A DNA stretch of 64,000 nucleotides, from positions 40,300,001 through 40,364,000 of the forward strand of contig OX597821.1 in NCBI GenBank assembly GCA_951406725.2, in the 5' to 3' direction. Origin of the DNA: Octopus vulgaris. Taxonomy: Eukaryota. The position numbers and the translations under genes were made by a program. Below, piece by piece: positions 40,661 to 55,015 of this stretch. How positions within the stretch are numbered: the first letter of the stretch is position 1; each line of letters opens with the position of its first letter. The notes below the pieces were generated by a model, which saw only the letters and a program-made list of their open reading frames with translations, made no database searches and was not told the DNA's origin.

Positions 40661-41024
40661 ATTACAAAGACGATATATTGCAAAGGTTTACAATAACTTT
40701 CCCTTTATATAAAAGCAATATAATGTGTGATGGTTCCAGCTAATTTTGTAATAATTAGTTAAAATATTTCTTTCGAATCATAGAACTAAGCTTTTCTTCA
40801 GCTCAATCAGCTTTTGTTTTTTGCCTGTGAACTTTACCGAAAATTACCAGTTGATCAAAAACAAAGCTAAATTCAGAAATTTTTAAAATCAAGGAATCAA
40901 TATTTGCTGCAATTCCCTAAGAATGCTAATGTTAAAGGTATTAAAGGCTTTGTTGTAGTAAAAGCATCATGTAGTATGATTAAAGGGATCCAATACTACA
41001 AGACAAAAGTTGATAAGTATTAGA

Positions 41025-41625
41025 TGTTTAGCATTTAAACCAGCCATATCCAGCCAAAATATTTTACTTGTTTTATGTTCAAACTGGCCAGATCCAGCCT
41101 CTCACACCTACCCTACAATGTCATTATAAAACTAATCAATCACACTGTTGAAATCCCAAAGCTACAAAATCATGTATGATTAATTCAAAACAATGTGAAT
41201 AAATAAGCATTACTTTACATCGGGCACGGCTACAGTCTCACTTGGCTTGACACGTCTACTCAAGCATGGCATATGGAGACCATTGGTGATACGCCATGCT
41301 TATGTAGACCAGTCAACCCAAGTGAGACTGTAGTCATGGATGATGATGGTGTCAGGTCAGTAGCACCTCTGCCGATGGCACATAAAAGAGCACCTATTAC
41401 ACTCTCAGAGTGGTTGGCATTAAGAAGGGATTCCAGCTGTAGAAACCTTGCCAAATCAGATCAGAACCTGGTGCAGTCCAACCCAGTTTACCAGCTTTCA
41501 GTCAAACCGTCCAACCCATGCCAGCATGGAAAACAAGCGTTAAATGCTGATGATAATGATGATGGCGATGATGATGATGATGATGTTGACACATTTGACA
41601 GAGTAATCTGAGCACTAAAGAGTTA
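41025..41625 (+). mobile_element. piggyBac-like MITE split by an RTE 3'-end insertion (~41216-41590)
   Basis: The MITE body stops at aataagcattac and resumes at acatttgacagagtaatctgagcactaaagagttaa. Confidence 0.8.
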
Positions 41626-42267
41626 AGAACATTATAAAGAAGCGAGTCAGCTTCTTCTACAGCTGCACTTTTCAGCATCATCTTTCACCATCATTTACAA
41701 AATAGTTGATATTTTGACATTCACTAATATTATTTATCCATATATTCCAGTTTTTATTTTTTGATATTACTAAACCTAGCAGAATAAGCAGCTGAAGATT
41801 TTGCTCTGGCAATGGTGGATATTTAGGATTGGGAACAAGTTTAACTGCCTGTTGTCCAATAATAAACCAATTACAAACATTGTGGTAATAACGGTTTCCA
41901 ATTTCGATACAAGGCCAGCAATATTGAGGGAGGGGTCATTCAATTACCTCAACCCCTTGTTCAACTGGTAGTTATTTTATCCTCCTCCTCCTCATCATCA
42001 TCATTTAAAGTCTGTTTTCCATGCTGGCATGGATTGGATAGTTTAACCAGAACTAGTCAGCTGGGGAGCTGCCCAGGCTCCCATTTATCTGCTCTGGCAT
42101 GGTTTCTATGGCTGGATGCCCTTCCTAATGCCAACCACTTTACAGAGTGGCACTGGATGCTTTTCACGTGGCAACAACCCAAGCACTTTTACAGCCTTGA
42201 TCAGTTGTTTATTCTCTAGAGAACTAAAGATGTTAGAATGCAGATATCTGAGCTGAAGCTAACCCGT

Positions 42268-42498
42268 TCCTTAAATCCTTAAATCCTTAAAAACGTTTTA
42301 GCCCGAAGGCCGCGGCCATGCTGGGGCACCACCGCTGAGAGTGGTGAAAGAGTACAGCAGGGATCACCACCCCCTGCCGGAGCCTCATGGAGCTTTTAGG
42401 TGTTTTCGTTCAATAAACACACACAACGCCCGGTCTGGGAATTGAAACCGCGATCCTGCGACCGCGAGTCTGCTGCCCTAACCACTAGGCCATTGCGT
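42268..42498 (-). mobile_element. tRNA-derived SINE type D, CpG-rich young copy
   Basis: Reverse complement cgcaatggcctagtggttagggcag (A box), ggtttcaattcc (B box), tail ggtggtgccccagcatggccgcggccttcgggctaaaac followed by (ttaaggat)n. Confidence 0.85.
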
Positions 42499-43541
42499 TG
42501 TCTACACACTGACATCCTCTTGCAGCAAAAACGAAAAATACTCAGTGGATTCGGAGGCATTCACTCCCTTATAAACACATTACATCCATTAACTCAAACA
42601 CTGTTTCTTTTCTCTGCCTCTTCTGCCACTGTTATAATGACGTCTTCTTCTCTTATCGATCAACAAACTACATTCTCTGTCTGCACACACTCACACAATA
42701 TAACTCACTGTGCATCCCTCATCCTCACCACTCTCTATTACCTCACTAAATACCCATCAAAACCTATTTTGCATGCTATTCTTAGCTCTGCTGCTTTCTA
42801 AAATATTTTCCACATGTTTTACCTGCAGATATCAACTACACACGTGTGTGGTGGTGGTAACCTGACAGGTGATGGTCACTTCCCAGTCTCAATGGCTAAT
42901 CTGTTAATCAACTTTTAAATATAAAACGTTGATGGAGATCTGATTGTATTTTATTATGGGTGAAGGTATTCACTTTTTGTGTCTGTCTGCCTTATGAAAG
43001 ATTGAACAAACTATATCTTCTATTTGATTGGAGAAGATATATATGAACATAAACCACATTTAAACAAAAAATGAAAAAATGTGTATCCCTACAATGAAAT
43101 AGTCAACAAATGTACACATATCCTTCACCTTACTAACATTATAACACTATCACTAGTCATGATTAGCACAAGTGAAACTGGTCGACTGTGTAAATATTTT
43201 ACTTCATAGTATGTATATCTATATCTATATATATATAAAATTAAGGAGAGGAGAAAACAAATATATAGGCCGATGTATATATTCATTCAATCCATATTAA
43301 CGAAGTTCTCCATGGTATACAAAGTACGTACATAGATGCATTCATCTATATGATATATAAAAATCTCTAAGAAATTATAAATACATACATATACATCGAC
43401 CTTTGAATTTATTTTCTCCTTTCCTTGATTTTATATTCCTGAAGCTCTATCAGAGCGCTAATCAGCTGAACTGTATAAAGTGGATATCTATATCACTTAT
43501 TTCTTCATTGTTCTATATATATATATATGTATGTATGTATG

Positions 43542-43915
<374 letters not shown>

Positions 43916-45069
43916 GCATAAAAACACATTCTCTCTCTCTCTTTCACACACACACTCACATAATAAATATATGTGTATACAGGGAATGCAAAAGCAGGTA
44001 TACAGTTATGAAAAACGAAAAAAAAGTAAACACACAATAATCATTTATTTTTATCAAAAAAATTAAAAGTTATGATAAAAGTATTAATGTAGGTATGATA
44101 AATGTATTATTATGATTAATAACACTGAAAATATCAAAAATGAGGCCAACTTTTATCTTTTTTGATAAAAATAAATAAATATTGAAAGTGTTTTCTTTTT
44201 TCATAACTGTATACCTACTTTTGCACCACCCTCACCTGTATGTATAAATATATATAGTTTGTTTTTGAAGCTGACTACTTCACAACTCATTACTCTAGTG
44301 TATATGTGTGTGTGTGTGTGTGTGTATGTATATATATATATATATACACGCACACACACATTTATATTTATATATATATATATATATATGCATACATACA
44401 TACATGCACACACGTACACGCACATACAAATACATATATATGCATACATACATACATACATGCACACACGTACACACACATACAAATGCATATATATGCA
44501 TACATACATGCACATACACACACACACACATATATATATATATAAATATATATGCATATATACATGCACAGACACACATATGTGTGCATACATATATTGT
44601 TTTTTATTTTCATTTTTTACTGCTGAAAAATTTCACAAGTCATCAGTTATATGTGTGTGTGTGCATGTGTGTGTGTGTGTGTATGCACACACATTCATAT
44701 ATATATACGTATGTTTATATATATATATATAAACTGACATGTTATTTGTAGAAGAGGAAAGTGAGACAGGGAGACACATACATATACATACATACATATT
44801 GAACAAATGGGTTACTTTTTACATATATAATACATACATACATATACATACATACATACATATATATTGAAAGACACCTACCTAAGGTACCATGCAGTGG
44901 GACTGAACCCAGAACCATGTAGTTGGAAAGCTAAGACAGACAAGCTGATGGACAATGTCTGTTTAGGACGACTGGCAACATGGATATAAGTTAAAAACCT
45001 TACTACAATCATTGTGTTTAAATGTTATAATTCTGAGCTAAAACCTATCCGAATTGTCACTGTTTATCC

Positions 45070-45073
45070 ACTA

Positions 45074-45115
<42 letters not shown>

Positions 45116-45280
45116 TTCTTACTACTCCTACTACTACTATTACTACTACTACTATTACTACTACTACTACTACTTCTACGACTGCTACTGCTGCTACTGT
45201 TGCTGCTACTACTATTACATCATCGTCATCGTCGTCGTCGTCGTCATCATCATCATTATGACAATGATGATGATAATCAT
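45070..45280. repeat. compound trinucleotide repeat (CTA)n/(CTG)n/(CGT)n/(CAT)n
   Basis: Directly visible. Confidence 0.95.
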
Positions 45281-45538
45281 CTTTAACATACATTTTCCAT
45301 GCTGGCATGGGTTGGACGGTTTGACAGGAGTCAACAGTCTAGTGGACAACATCAGGCTTCAATGTCTGCTTTAGCATGATTTCCTTAGTTGGGTTGGATG
45401 TCCTTCCTGATGTTAACCACTTCATATGACAAATTGGTTACTTTTTACATGGCACCAGCACAGGTGAAATCACTAAATAACTTACAAAGCAAGACTCCTG
45501 AGTGGGGTTTTCTATTGAGAGAGTAATGATATGGATGA

Positions 45539-45867
45539 CCCTACCCCTCTGGCTAATCTGACATGTCATGTAATGTTATGGTTGTCCCTGCCCCTCTGGT
45601 TAATCTGACATGTCATGTAATGTTATAGTTTGCCCTGCCCCTCTGGCTAATCTGACATGTCATGTAATGTTATGGTTTTCCCTGCTCCTCTGGCTAAGCT
45701 GACATGTCATGTAATGTTATGGTTGTCCCTACCCCTCTGGCTAATCTGACATGTCATGTAATGTTATGGTTGACCCTGCCCCTCTGGCTAATCTGATATG
45801 TCATGTAATGTTATGGTTTGCCCTGCCCTTCTGGCTAATCTGACATGTCATGTAATGTTATGGTTGA
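45539..45867. repeat. minisatellite, 7 x 47 bp
   Basis: Unit ccctgcccctctggctaatctgacatgtcatgtaatgttatggttg(t/a), with few differences between copies and no spacers. Confidence 0.95.
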
Positions 45868-45944
45868 TCAAAGTCACATTTGATCACAGCACCAATAACA
45901 GTTACGTTTCGTGCAATGGCCATACTCGATAACAAGGAGGGGGC

Positions 45945-46185
45945 CATCGTAAAAAACACCATCCAAGCGGGGCCATTCGCCAGCCTCGTCTGGCACCTGT
46001 GTCGGTGGCACATAAAAAGCACCTACTACACTCACGGAGTGGTTGGCGTTAGGAAGGGCATCCAGCTGTAGAAACACTGCCAGATCTGACTGGCCTGGTG
46101 CAGCCTTCGGGCTTCCCAGACCCCAGTTGAACCGTCCAACCCATGCTAGCATGGAAAGCGGATGTTAAACGATGATGATGATGAT
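45945..46185 (+). mobile_element. RTE LINE 3' UTR, young
   Basis: ggttggcgttaggaagggcatccagctgtagaaac...gttaaac(gat)n. Confidence 0.85.
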
Positions 46186-46214
46186 ACAGAGAGAGAGAGA
46201 GAGAACAATTTCCG

Positions 46215-46540
46215 CCACATTCCAGGGAGAAAAACTAGAAGTAGTTGATAGCTTCCATTACCTAGGTGACCACGTCAGTAGCGGGGGAGGGTGTACTGAA
46301 AGTGTAGCTGCTAGAATAAGAATAGCCTAGGCAAAGTTCAGAGAGCTCTTACCTCTGCTGGTGACAAAGGGTCTCTCACTCAGAGTAAAAGATAGACTGT
46401 ATGGCACATGTGTACGAACAGCCATGCTACACGGCAGTGAAACATGGGCCGTGACTGCTGAGGACATGCGTAAGCTTGCAAAGAATGAAGCCAGTATGCT
46501 CTGATGGATGTGTAATGTCAGTGTGCACACTCTGAGGGAG
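46215..46540 (+). mobile_element. RTE LINE RT domain-7/thumb fragment
   Basis: [98 protein letters not shown]. Confidence 0.92.
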
Positions 46541-47879
46541 AAGAAGGAGAAGCAGCCAATTTACACCTATTTAATATTTGATTTTGTTTATTGTTGTATC
46601 TGTTTTGTTTCTTTTGTTCTGCCTCATATGTTCTCTATTCACTCCATTCACCACAATAGATATATGTCATATGAATGATGACTGCAACATCTGATACAGC
46701 AATAAATTTCGTTGCTATAGCAATACAACAACAACAAAACAACAACAACAATAACAGCAACAACAGAAGCAGCAGCAACAACTTGTGAAATAAGCATAAT
46801 AAAACAATATAAAATATCTCGTTAGATGTTGTGTCATTTCAATATCCTCTTTCTCGCTAAATGTTTTTTTCTGCTCTTGACTCTTTCTGCCACTACCATT
46901 GTTAACCATTCTTGCAACTGGTAATTAAACTTGCACCTATATTAAGCAGCCTGACTCTTTTGCTGATTGCTTTTACTGACTGCAACCTTTATTGTTATCA
47001 ATCCCTTCATCTCACTACTTTTATCGATTAACCTAACTGATTAGTTCCAAAAATTAGTTTCAGATCTTCCACTGCTTTCCGGGTCTTTTCCTTTTTTTTT
47101 TTTTTTACATTTTTTTGTTTTACTTTTTTGTTGTTTCTAGTATTGTGCTTTTGGTTTTTGTGTTTTCATTTTCTTTCCAGTTTTGTACTTTTTTTCATTT
47201 ACAATTTGCTTGCAGCCTTTATAAGTTAATTACCAATTTATACCAAGGAAGATCTTATGGAAACTGGAAAGAAAAGACAAGGCAGTATTTATTCAGCACA
47301 CACATGGTTTAGCTGGAAAAATTTAATTTCCTGTGTGTGTTGTAATAGTGTATAAAATCATTGTCACCAGACATTATAAATAATATGTACTTTGCTCTTA
47401 CTACCATTAAAAGGACAACAAAGAAATTTAGGTCAAACATATTTGATAATTGTTTATGTATTTTTGATAAATATGCTTTTGTCTTAGGTTTTCTTTTGTT
47501 TTTGTTCAAGCAAGACATACAAATATTTGCTTCTCTGTTTTATCATTTCTTTCTTCATTGTTTGTATATTTTCTGATTTCCGGCAGGGTTAATTAGTCTA
47601 CCTGAGATTTCTTTGATGTTTAAGCAATGAAGCTGTGAGGAAGGAAGACAAATATTAGCTGCAAATTACTCTTACAATAATAATTCTCCAAGAGTAATTA
47701 GTTGGAATCTAGGGTTATGCATTCCTTTTATTCCCAGTAGCCATAGCAGTTTTCACATGTTTCTCAAAGATGCTAGCTTACATAAATCAATCATTATGTT
47801 GAAGAGGACACCTAGTGATTCTTTGGAGGAAGCTGTTGTTTAATTGTCTATAGAAAACAACAATAGGAAACTTTTTTGT

Positions 47880-48750
47880 TTTTGTTTTTGTTTTGGTTAA
47901 GTAAAATAAGAAACAGCACTCATGACATTTTTCAAAGCATTGCAGACTGAGAGGAGAAAAGAGTTATTCTTAAACCAGAGCTGTAGACCAAATTCTTGCA
48001 AAAGAGCAGCATCAGCTATTGGCACCAAAGAGCCAGGTAATCAGGAATTCCAACCATATTTCATGGTTTGCTACCTCAACAGCTCCTTTATAGGATTCAG
48101 TGGCTAAAGACATCATCAGGAGGAACCATGTCCGGTTTTGGCTCCTACTCCTCTACTGTTTTTGAAGTGGCGGGGGTCCCCCTTTTCAGAAATGTCTTCA
48201 GCTCTGGTGTTGAGTGCATTCTTCTTTCTCCTTTTTCCTTCTGTTCTCTGGCCTCTTTGATGCAGCATCAATGAGTGTCAGGGGGAGACTGACCATCGTG
48301 CCAAATTTCTCTATAAATACTTGCTGGTAGGCTCCAACAGCCAGCACCAGCTAGTTGTCACGTGACACTGTCTAAACTTCAACTGACCAATGGAGGGGAA
48401 GGGCACATAATCTTAGCCCGTGCCCTCTCTAAACTTGCCTTCAAATAGTGTCATGTGAGTTTCAGTTCCAGCAGCCAGAGCTGACCAGCTGTTTGGCAGA
48501 ACAAACCTTCAAACCAGGAGGAGGGCACTTGGTCCACCTGTCAATTAGCAATGCTGCTTAAGTGTCAGACAGTCTCACCTAGCAACGCTATTTCCCAGTC
48601 AGCATGTTATGGCTTTTGAGCCATTTTGGATCTTTTCGTTTCAGCCATATAGAGAAGCTGGCTTTTTTTACTGCCTCCTGTATCCTCCTTATTACTTTTC
48701 TCAGCTCTAAGCTCCAAAATGCAAACCTTCTTTTAAATAATGTTAATGAA
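47880..48750 (-). mobile_element. L1/Tx1-like relic (ORF1 end and endonuclease start)
   Basis: Minus strand shows a zinc-knuckle-like remnant near 48480-48545, a low-complexity ORF1 tail (PKPDMVPPDDVFS), then GL..WFK..FLLS-like EN start. Confidence 0.4.
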
Positions 48751-49408
48751 GCCTCTAGCTACTGCTGCCAGGTGGTAATACTCGACAGTCCATCCCCGTT
48801 CCTCACACTCTTCGATTAATTTTTCATTACACAAGCAGTGAATTTCTTCTCCAAGTTGGCATGTTTTATGAAGATCAGATATATTTCTCTTTAATCCAGG
48901 AATGCATTAATTAATCCAAACAATTTGTCGTGTTACAGCTGTCCAACCTCAGAAATACATGAAATTGACTGCATCAGGTTTGAACTGCAAACTCTTGCAC
49001 TGAAAACATGCTACCTTAACTCCTGGCAATTTATCTCTCTCGTGTTGTAACATTACAAACGTTCATCACATTTTAAAAACTTTTCAGCGATTATTTCAAG
49101 GGAGCCACTACAGGATCACACTTAACTAGCTAGAAACAGAAGCCCAAATCCCTTAATTTCACTCCTTACCATCTTAGATAAGGGTACTTTAAATATGTTC
49201 CTGTTTTCTCTGCAAAACCAAAAAAGAAAAAAAATCACTGGGATGGTCATAGCTGGAAGGCTTCAGGTCCTTGATTGACTCAATTAGAGCTGGCTTCAAC
49301 TAAAAAATAACAAAATCAACAAATTAATATTTGAAAGTTTTCAAATATTATTGAATTCTGGTAATTATGTTTGTCATTGGAACATTATTATCATTATCAT
49401 TATTATCA

Positions 49409-49463
<55 letters not shown>

Positions 49464-50414
49464 GTTATTTTTCATATTTCTTTCTGGAATATTTTTGGAG
49501 AGCTTTGAATGGGTCATAAAATAGTGTAAAGGCTTAATGATTCCAAGTCCAAGACATTTGTACCATATTCTATTTTCAAAGATTCTTTCAAGATAACTTT
49601 CTTTTTATCAGTTTGGCAGCTTTTACAAAATAAAATTACTCCCAATGTGCTAATTTTATTTTTAAGTAAGACATATTAATAATAAATAGAGAACATATTT
49701 TCTGATACATATGATAGGAAGCGATTTGTTATGATATATCATCTGCAGAAACTTCTGGAATAAAACATTGTGCTGATTTACAATATGATATAAAATTAAC
49801 TTCAATCACAGACAAAATTTACTTTATCTATAGCGACAAGCACAATGTAGCAGCATTCCCCTAAGAATGAAATAGAATTGTTAACTTTATTGTGACATGT
49901 ATCATTACTAATGTGTAGCAATAACGGAATCTGACGTAGCCACATACATTTTAACACATGACAGCATCGAGAAACTGACTGAAATGAAACGTAAATCACT
50001 GAGAGAAACACGATATTGTAGTTTCAAACTGAACCATGGAGCAACAGTTTGGAGAAATTAACAATTATTTCAAAGCGTTAATCTCCATTCAAACATGAAT
50101 TATTTTCTAATTGAGAAGTTGCTTTTCATACTTCACTAACGAAAATAACAAGGACCTTATCATTGTTCTAAGTGATAAAGTCATCATCGTCATTAACACG
50201 GCTCTAATGTTCTCTATTCTATGGCTGTATGGGTTGGATGGAATTATTTGAGGTAGTTTTTCTACAGTTGGGTGCCCTTCTTGTGGCCAGCCCTCACTTG
50301 TTCCAAAGCAAGATAATAATTCCTCATGACCAAACATGATATTTACAGAAGATTGGAAATGAGCAATGCTCATTTACAAGCCTCATGCAATCTCAAAAGA
50401 ATAAAACACACACA

Positions 50415-50555
50415 CTCAAGCACACACTCACTCAAGCAGGCACATTCTCAAGCACACACTTACTCAAGCACACACATACTCAAGCACACACTTACTCAAA
50501 CATGCACATACTCAAGCACACACTTACTCAAGCACACACATACTCAAGCACACAT
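50415..50555. repeat. ~16-18-bp tandem repeat (ctcaagcacacac(t/a)ta)n
   Basis: About eight degenerate copies are visible. Confidence 0.85.
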
Positions 50556-51479
50556 GCACATCTACAAAAAGATGTGTGTGAAATTGGTAAATGTAACAAA
50601 ATCTAATCGTGAATGGTCTAAGTTACTGCTTCCTGATATGGAGGATGTAGAAGAAATATATTTCATACGTTATGGCTTGCAAAAGTTCAAAGAATCAGTT
50701 TTTGACCCTTCAACACTGCTAATATTTAATAATTATTTTTAAAATAGGTGCAGCAGTGAGTTATGGGTTTGGATAGTTCACCTCTGGAAACATGGGTGTT
50801 TCATTTAATATCCTTAAACAGCCCTTATTCAGGGACCTTTTCAGCAGGATGGGTTACTCGACTGGAAATAAATTCTAACTGGACCCCACCTGCAAGGTCA
50901 TGTACTATTTCTCTTGATATGAGATCACCATGCCATGCATTGCTCTCTCACTCAATAATAACAACAACAATAATAATAATGCTTTCTCATTTCTGGTACA
51001 AAACCAACAATTTTAGTGGAATTAAGTCAATTCCAGTACTCAAATAGTACTTATCTTATTGACTCCATAAGGAGGAAATGCAAAGTTGAGTCAGAATTTG
51101 AACTCAAAATATAAAGAACCAGAAAATATGCTGGTAAATATTTTGTGCAATGTGGTAAAGAAGTAACAGAAGTAATAATAATTGACCCTTCACCAAGGAA
51201 TACCAGGTTAACATGTGGTGGAATTAAGACATATCACATGGCAGGAGGGTATCTTTAGCATGGTGTCATGGAAAGAAAATCCTTTGCATATTTAACTCAT
51301 TAATATTATGATACAAAATAGTGAGTCAAATAATGGCTAAATGGGATTTGAATCTTAAGCAAAGGTATTTCATCCGACTGGAGCCCACTGTAGAGTAGGA
51401 TGGCTGCTGCCATAATCCAACTGTAGAGCAAGATGGCTGCTGCCATAATCCAGATGCCAATTGACATAAAAAGAAACAA

Positions 51480-52690
51480 AAGTGAAGTAAAGAGGTAAAT
51501 GCTTTTATCTGGGAGTTCTTCTATTTGAAGAACACAATAAATAAAAATAGATTTCTAATATCAACAGAAAATGTTTTGGTGAGTGGAAAAGGAGAGGATT
51601 GTTTGGCACTATAGAGCAGAGGAGGTGTGACTAGGCAAGAGCAATTCAAAAGAATGCTTAATTGTCTAAAATTGAACTTCAAGTCATCAAGAGACAAATT
51701 AGTGTTGAGCATGATACAGGCAAAGACGATGAAGTACAAAAGAATGAATTAGAAATAGCAGAGCTGTAGGACATTGCTCAAAGTAATAGACATGGATATG
51801 TTGCGAGTGGAAATTCTGATAACATTAATGAAGCTTTTGAAGGACAGGATAGGTGGAGCCCTGACTGAAGATGATCAAATAATAATTGAAATGGTGTTTA
51901 AGTTGGTAAATTCTGAACATATAGAATGTGCGTGCAACTTCAAAAAAGCTGATCAGTAGAAACTGAAGCAAGAAGCAATAAAGCCTTAAGCTTATCAAGG
52001 CAGCTAGCAGAGTTGCTGGGAAAATTTGGGATCGAAAATCAATGAAAGAAGAAACAATAATGGAAATGCACAAAATAATGACCCCATGGTGGAAAAGAGG
52101 AATATTAGTAGATATAGATAAGCTTGTTGGTGATGTATGGATATTGAAATGAAAGAGAAAAGGTGACTAAAAGAAACACCTGGTATTGAGAGAAAAGGGC
52201 TGAATGTTGTAACTGAAGAACTAAAACCTAAAACTTTGGCAGAGGAAACAAGATATCTTTAAATAGTGAAGCAGTAAAGGCAAAAATGGTTATTCCAAAT
52301 TGTTCAGAAGAAATTTTATCAAGAAATAAGTGGTGGAAACACACGTGAAAGAGGTAAACCAGGAAGTAGAGAAGAGTTTTGTAATTTGGAATGATGAAGG
52401 GAATATGCAAGAGAAGCAGGTTCAATGGCTGCAAAATTCAAATGAAAAAAAATTTAGAATTGGAAAAGAAAATGTGCAACAACAAAGTGGGAAAATGAGT
52501 AATTGAAAAATAACTGGACCTGATGACATTAAAGAGTTTTGGATAAAGCAGCTGACAGAATTCCATAAAAGAACACCAGAATAACTTAATACACTGATCA
52601 ACAAAAATGAAGAGATTTCTGGGTGTATAGCTATTTGCTGAACAGGAATGTGCTTGAAGGATTCTTCAAAAGGGAATGCTGTGTTATTGC
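51480..52690 (+). mobile_element. R4/Dong-type LINE, pre-RT and RT start, decayed
   Basis: KMSN*KITGPDDIKEFWIKQLTEFHKRTPE*LN...TGMCLKDSSKGNAV (cf. KM.NWKAPGPDG...FW.K.LT..H.R....L...GRT.L..KD..KGN). Confidence 0.8.
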
Positions 52691-52695
52691 AGTGA

Positions 52696-52888
52696 TCATC
52701 ATCATCATCATCATCGTTTAACGTCCGTTTTCCATGCTAGCATGGGTTGGACGGTTCTACTGGGGTCTGGGAAGCCAGAAGGCTGCACCAGGCTCCAGTC
52801 TGATCTGGCAGTGTTTCTACAGCTTGTTTCCCTTCTTAATGCCAACCACTCCGTGAGTGTAGTGGGTGCTATTTTCGTGCCACCGGCA
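52696..52888 (-). mobile_element. RTE LINE 3' UTR
   Basis: (CAT)n-cgtttaacgtccgttttccatgctagcatgggttggacgg...gtgccaccggcac. Confidence 0.85.
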
Positions 52889-54822
52889 CTTTCCTCAAAT
52901 CTATATCATTTATAAGTGGTTGTAGTATGACATTTCTACAGTCATCTAAAATTGGCAATCTCTCCTCTGTTGAGGTTTAGCATTGTGAAATCTGACTTCT
53001 CTAATTCTTCCTATTTTCCTTCATCTGTGTCTACCACTTTGCTACATTCTATGACATTCCTCACCCAACAGGTGTATTTCATTCCTATAAAATGAACACT
53101 TCTGTTCCCACACATGAGCCAAATATTTTTAATATCCAGCTGCTTTCTAAGTTCATTATTTATGCTCAACCTTTCAGACAACTTAGTTTAGCATTTCTGA
53201 GACACTGTAATAAGTTATTTATCAGCATGACAGAAGGTCATTTTATATCTAATATGCTGTAAAATTGTCTTCTATCTGCAAGATTAAATGTGTTGCCCTG
53301 GGTCCAAGTGCTGTTAGTCTAATGTAGTATGAATAGGCAACCAATTAACACAGATTACAATAATACTTTGTCTGTTCAATACCTACACCTTAACTGAATA
53401 GTTAGCATCTGTACTAAAACATGATTCAATTAAGCTTTCATTTTTTTTTCTTTTATTACCATTAACTACAGCAAATGCATAAAAAATCTAGCAATTTGCC
53501 CCATCTTTGCAAGAATGAATATTTCTGAAACTATTTACTGCTTTCTTTTTCTAAAAGAAACATCAGTTTCAAATTACATTTTGGTATTTAATATGGATCT
53601 CTATTTCTGAAGACTTTCATAACTTTTAATATTAACAAAACGCTGTTATTGAAACATTCTGTTGATGTTCTCTTTTCCTTGACTGCTACATCAATCATAT
53701 TTTTAGCCAAATATCAACTTCATTTTCCTCTTAACTGGCTGCATATGCTAACAGTAATTTTTCATATTTTCTCTGAATGCAACAGTAAAAAAAATAATTA
53801 AATAAATAAGAATATAAATAAAAAAATATTTAAATTATATCAGCAGGTGATGTTTTTCAAAAAGCCAATTCCAGTAAAATAAACATGTTTACCATTTGGT
53901 AGCTTCCAATCAAAGACTGGTTATAAATGAGGAAAGCGTATGTGTTGAGTTCTGTTTTCAACATTTGCTGGGATTTGTTCCACGGAAAGAATGGAGGGAA
54001 ACAAAAATAAATAAAGAAAAATGAAAATTGCCAAAAATGATAGTGATTCTTTAGCTTTTAACATTAACCTGTGATAACGGGTTGGAATTATTATGAATTT
54101 TATTGTAGTTTACAAATTTCTATCTGTTCACATTAGAAAATGTGCCAGTAACATCGTGTCAAAAATATTGATCTGAAAGTAACTGTCACTTTTTATATGA
54201 GTCGATGAATGTAATACTGGTGATGACATTTGTGGCTGTCACTAATGTTGGAGCAACTTTCATCAAAGATAATTGTTTTGTTCGGTTAGATATTACACAT
54301 GGACGAATATTGAGATAAAAAAAAAAAAGTCAAAATTGGTAACGCTATGCAAAGGTTCAGTCCTAAGGAATATATTTTCAATCCATTTAAATTGTGGGAA
54401 TCTAGCAGAATTGTTAGTCTCAGAAGAAAAATGTCATTTGATATTTCTTCTAACTCTTTATGATCTGAATTCATGTCTTGCCAAGTTTTTTTCTTTTTGT
54501 CAATTGGAGTTCAATAAAATAATACACTCATCAAGTATTGAGATCAATGGCATTGATTAGCCCCTCCCCTCAAAGCTGCTGACTTTATTCCTAAATCAGA
54601 AACCATTTTACAGGAAAGAAATTTATTTATGTTATTTCATTATTTGTACAAGGTACTATCTCATAAAAAGTATCCTTTTTTTTTTTTGGTAGAAACAGAG
54701 CAATTTCCCATTCCACATCAACTGCTCAAACATCCTTGCATTGTCTTAGAACATCTCTGCTGTATTACTTGGGTGTCAGCTGAAATGCAATCACATGGAT
54801 TGTTGCTACAATTCTAAACTAC

Positions 54823-55015
54823 TTTAACCAGCCCAAAAGGTTTTACCTATTTCATGTCCAAACTGGTCAGATTTGGCTTCTCACACCTACTTTACAATGT
54901 CATTCAAAACAAAAAATTAATGTCATCAAAATCTCAAAGATAATGCATGATTAATTCAAAACAATATGAATGAGTAAATGTTACATTCGACAGAGTAATC
55001 TCATTGATACAGGAT
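54823..55015 (+). mobile_element. piggyBac-like MITE, decayed
   Basis: caaactggtcagatttggcttctcacacctac...gataatgcatgattaattcaaaacaat...gacagagtaatc. Confidence 0.65.

Noticed and set aside
42430-42498. tRNA gene
   Set aside because: A and B boxes are present, but there is no complete acceptor stem and the sequence continues into a SINE body and tail. The same holds for the other SINE heads.
45539-45867. CRISPR-like array with palindromic repeats
   Set aside because: The units are contiguous with no unique spacers, there are no cas genes, and the context is eukaryotic.
51388-51452. 33-bp tandem duplication (actgtagag.a.gatggctgctgccataatcca x2)
   Set aside because: Real, but an ordinary local duplication with no further structure.
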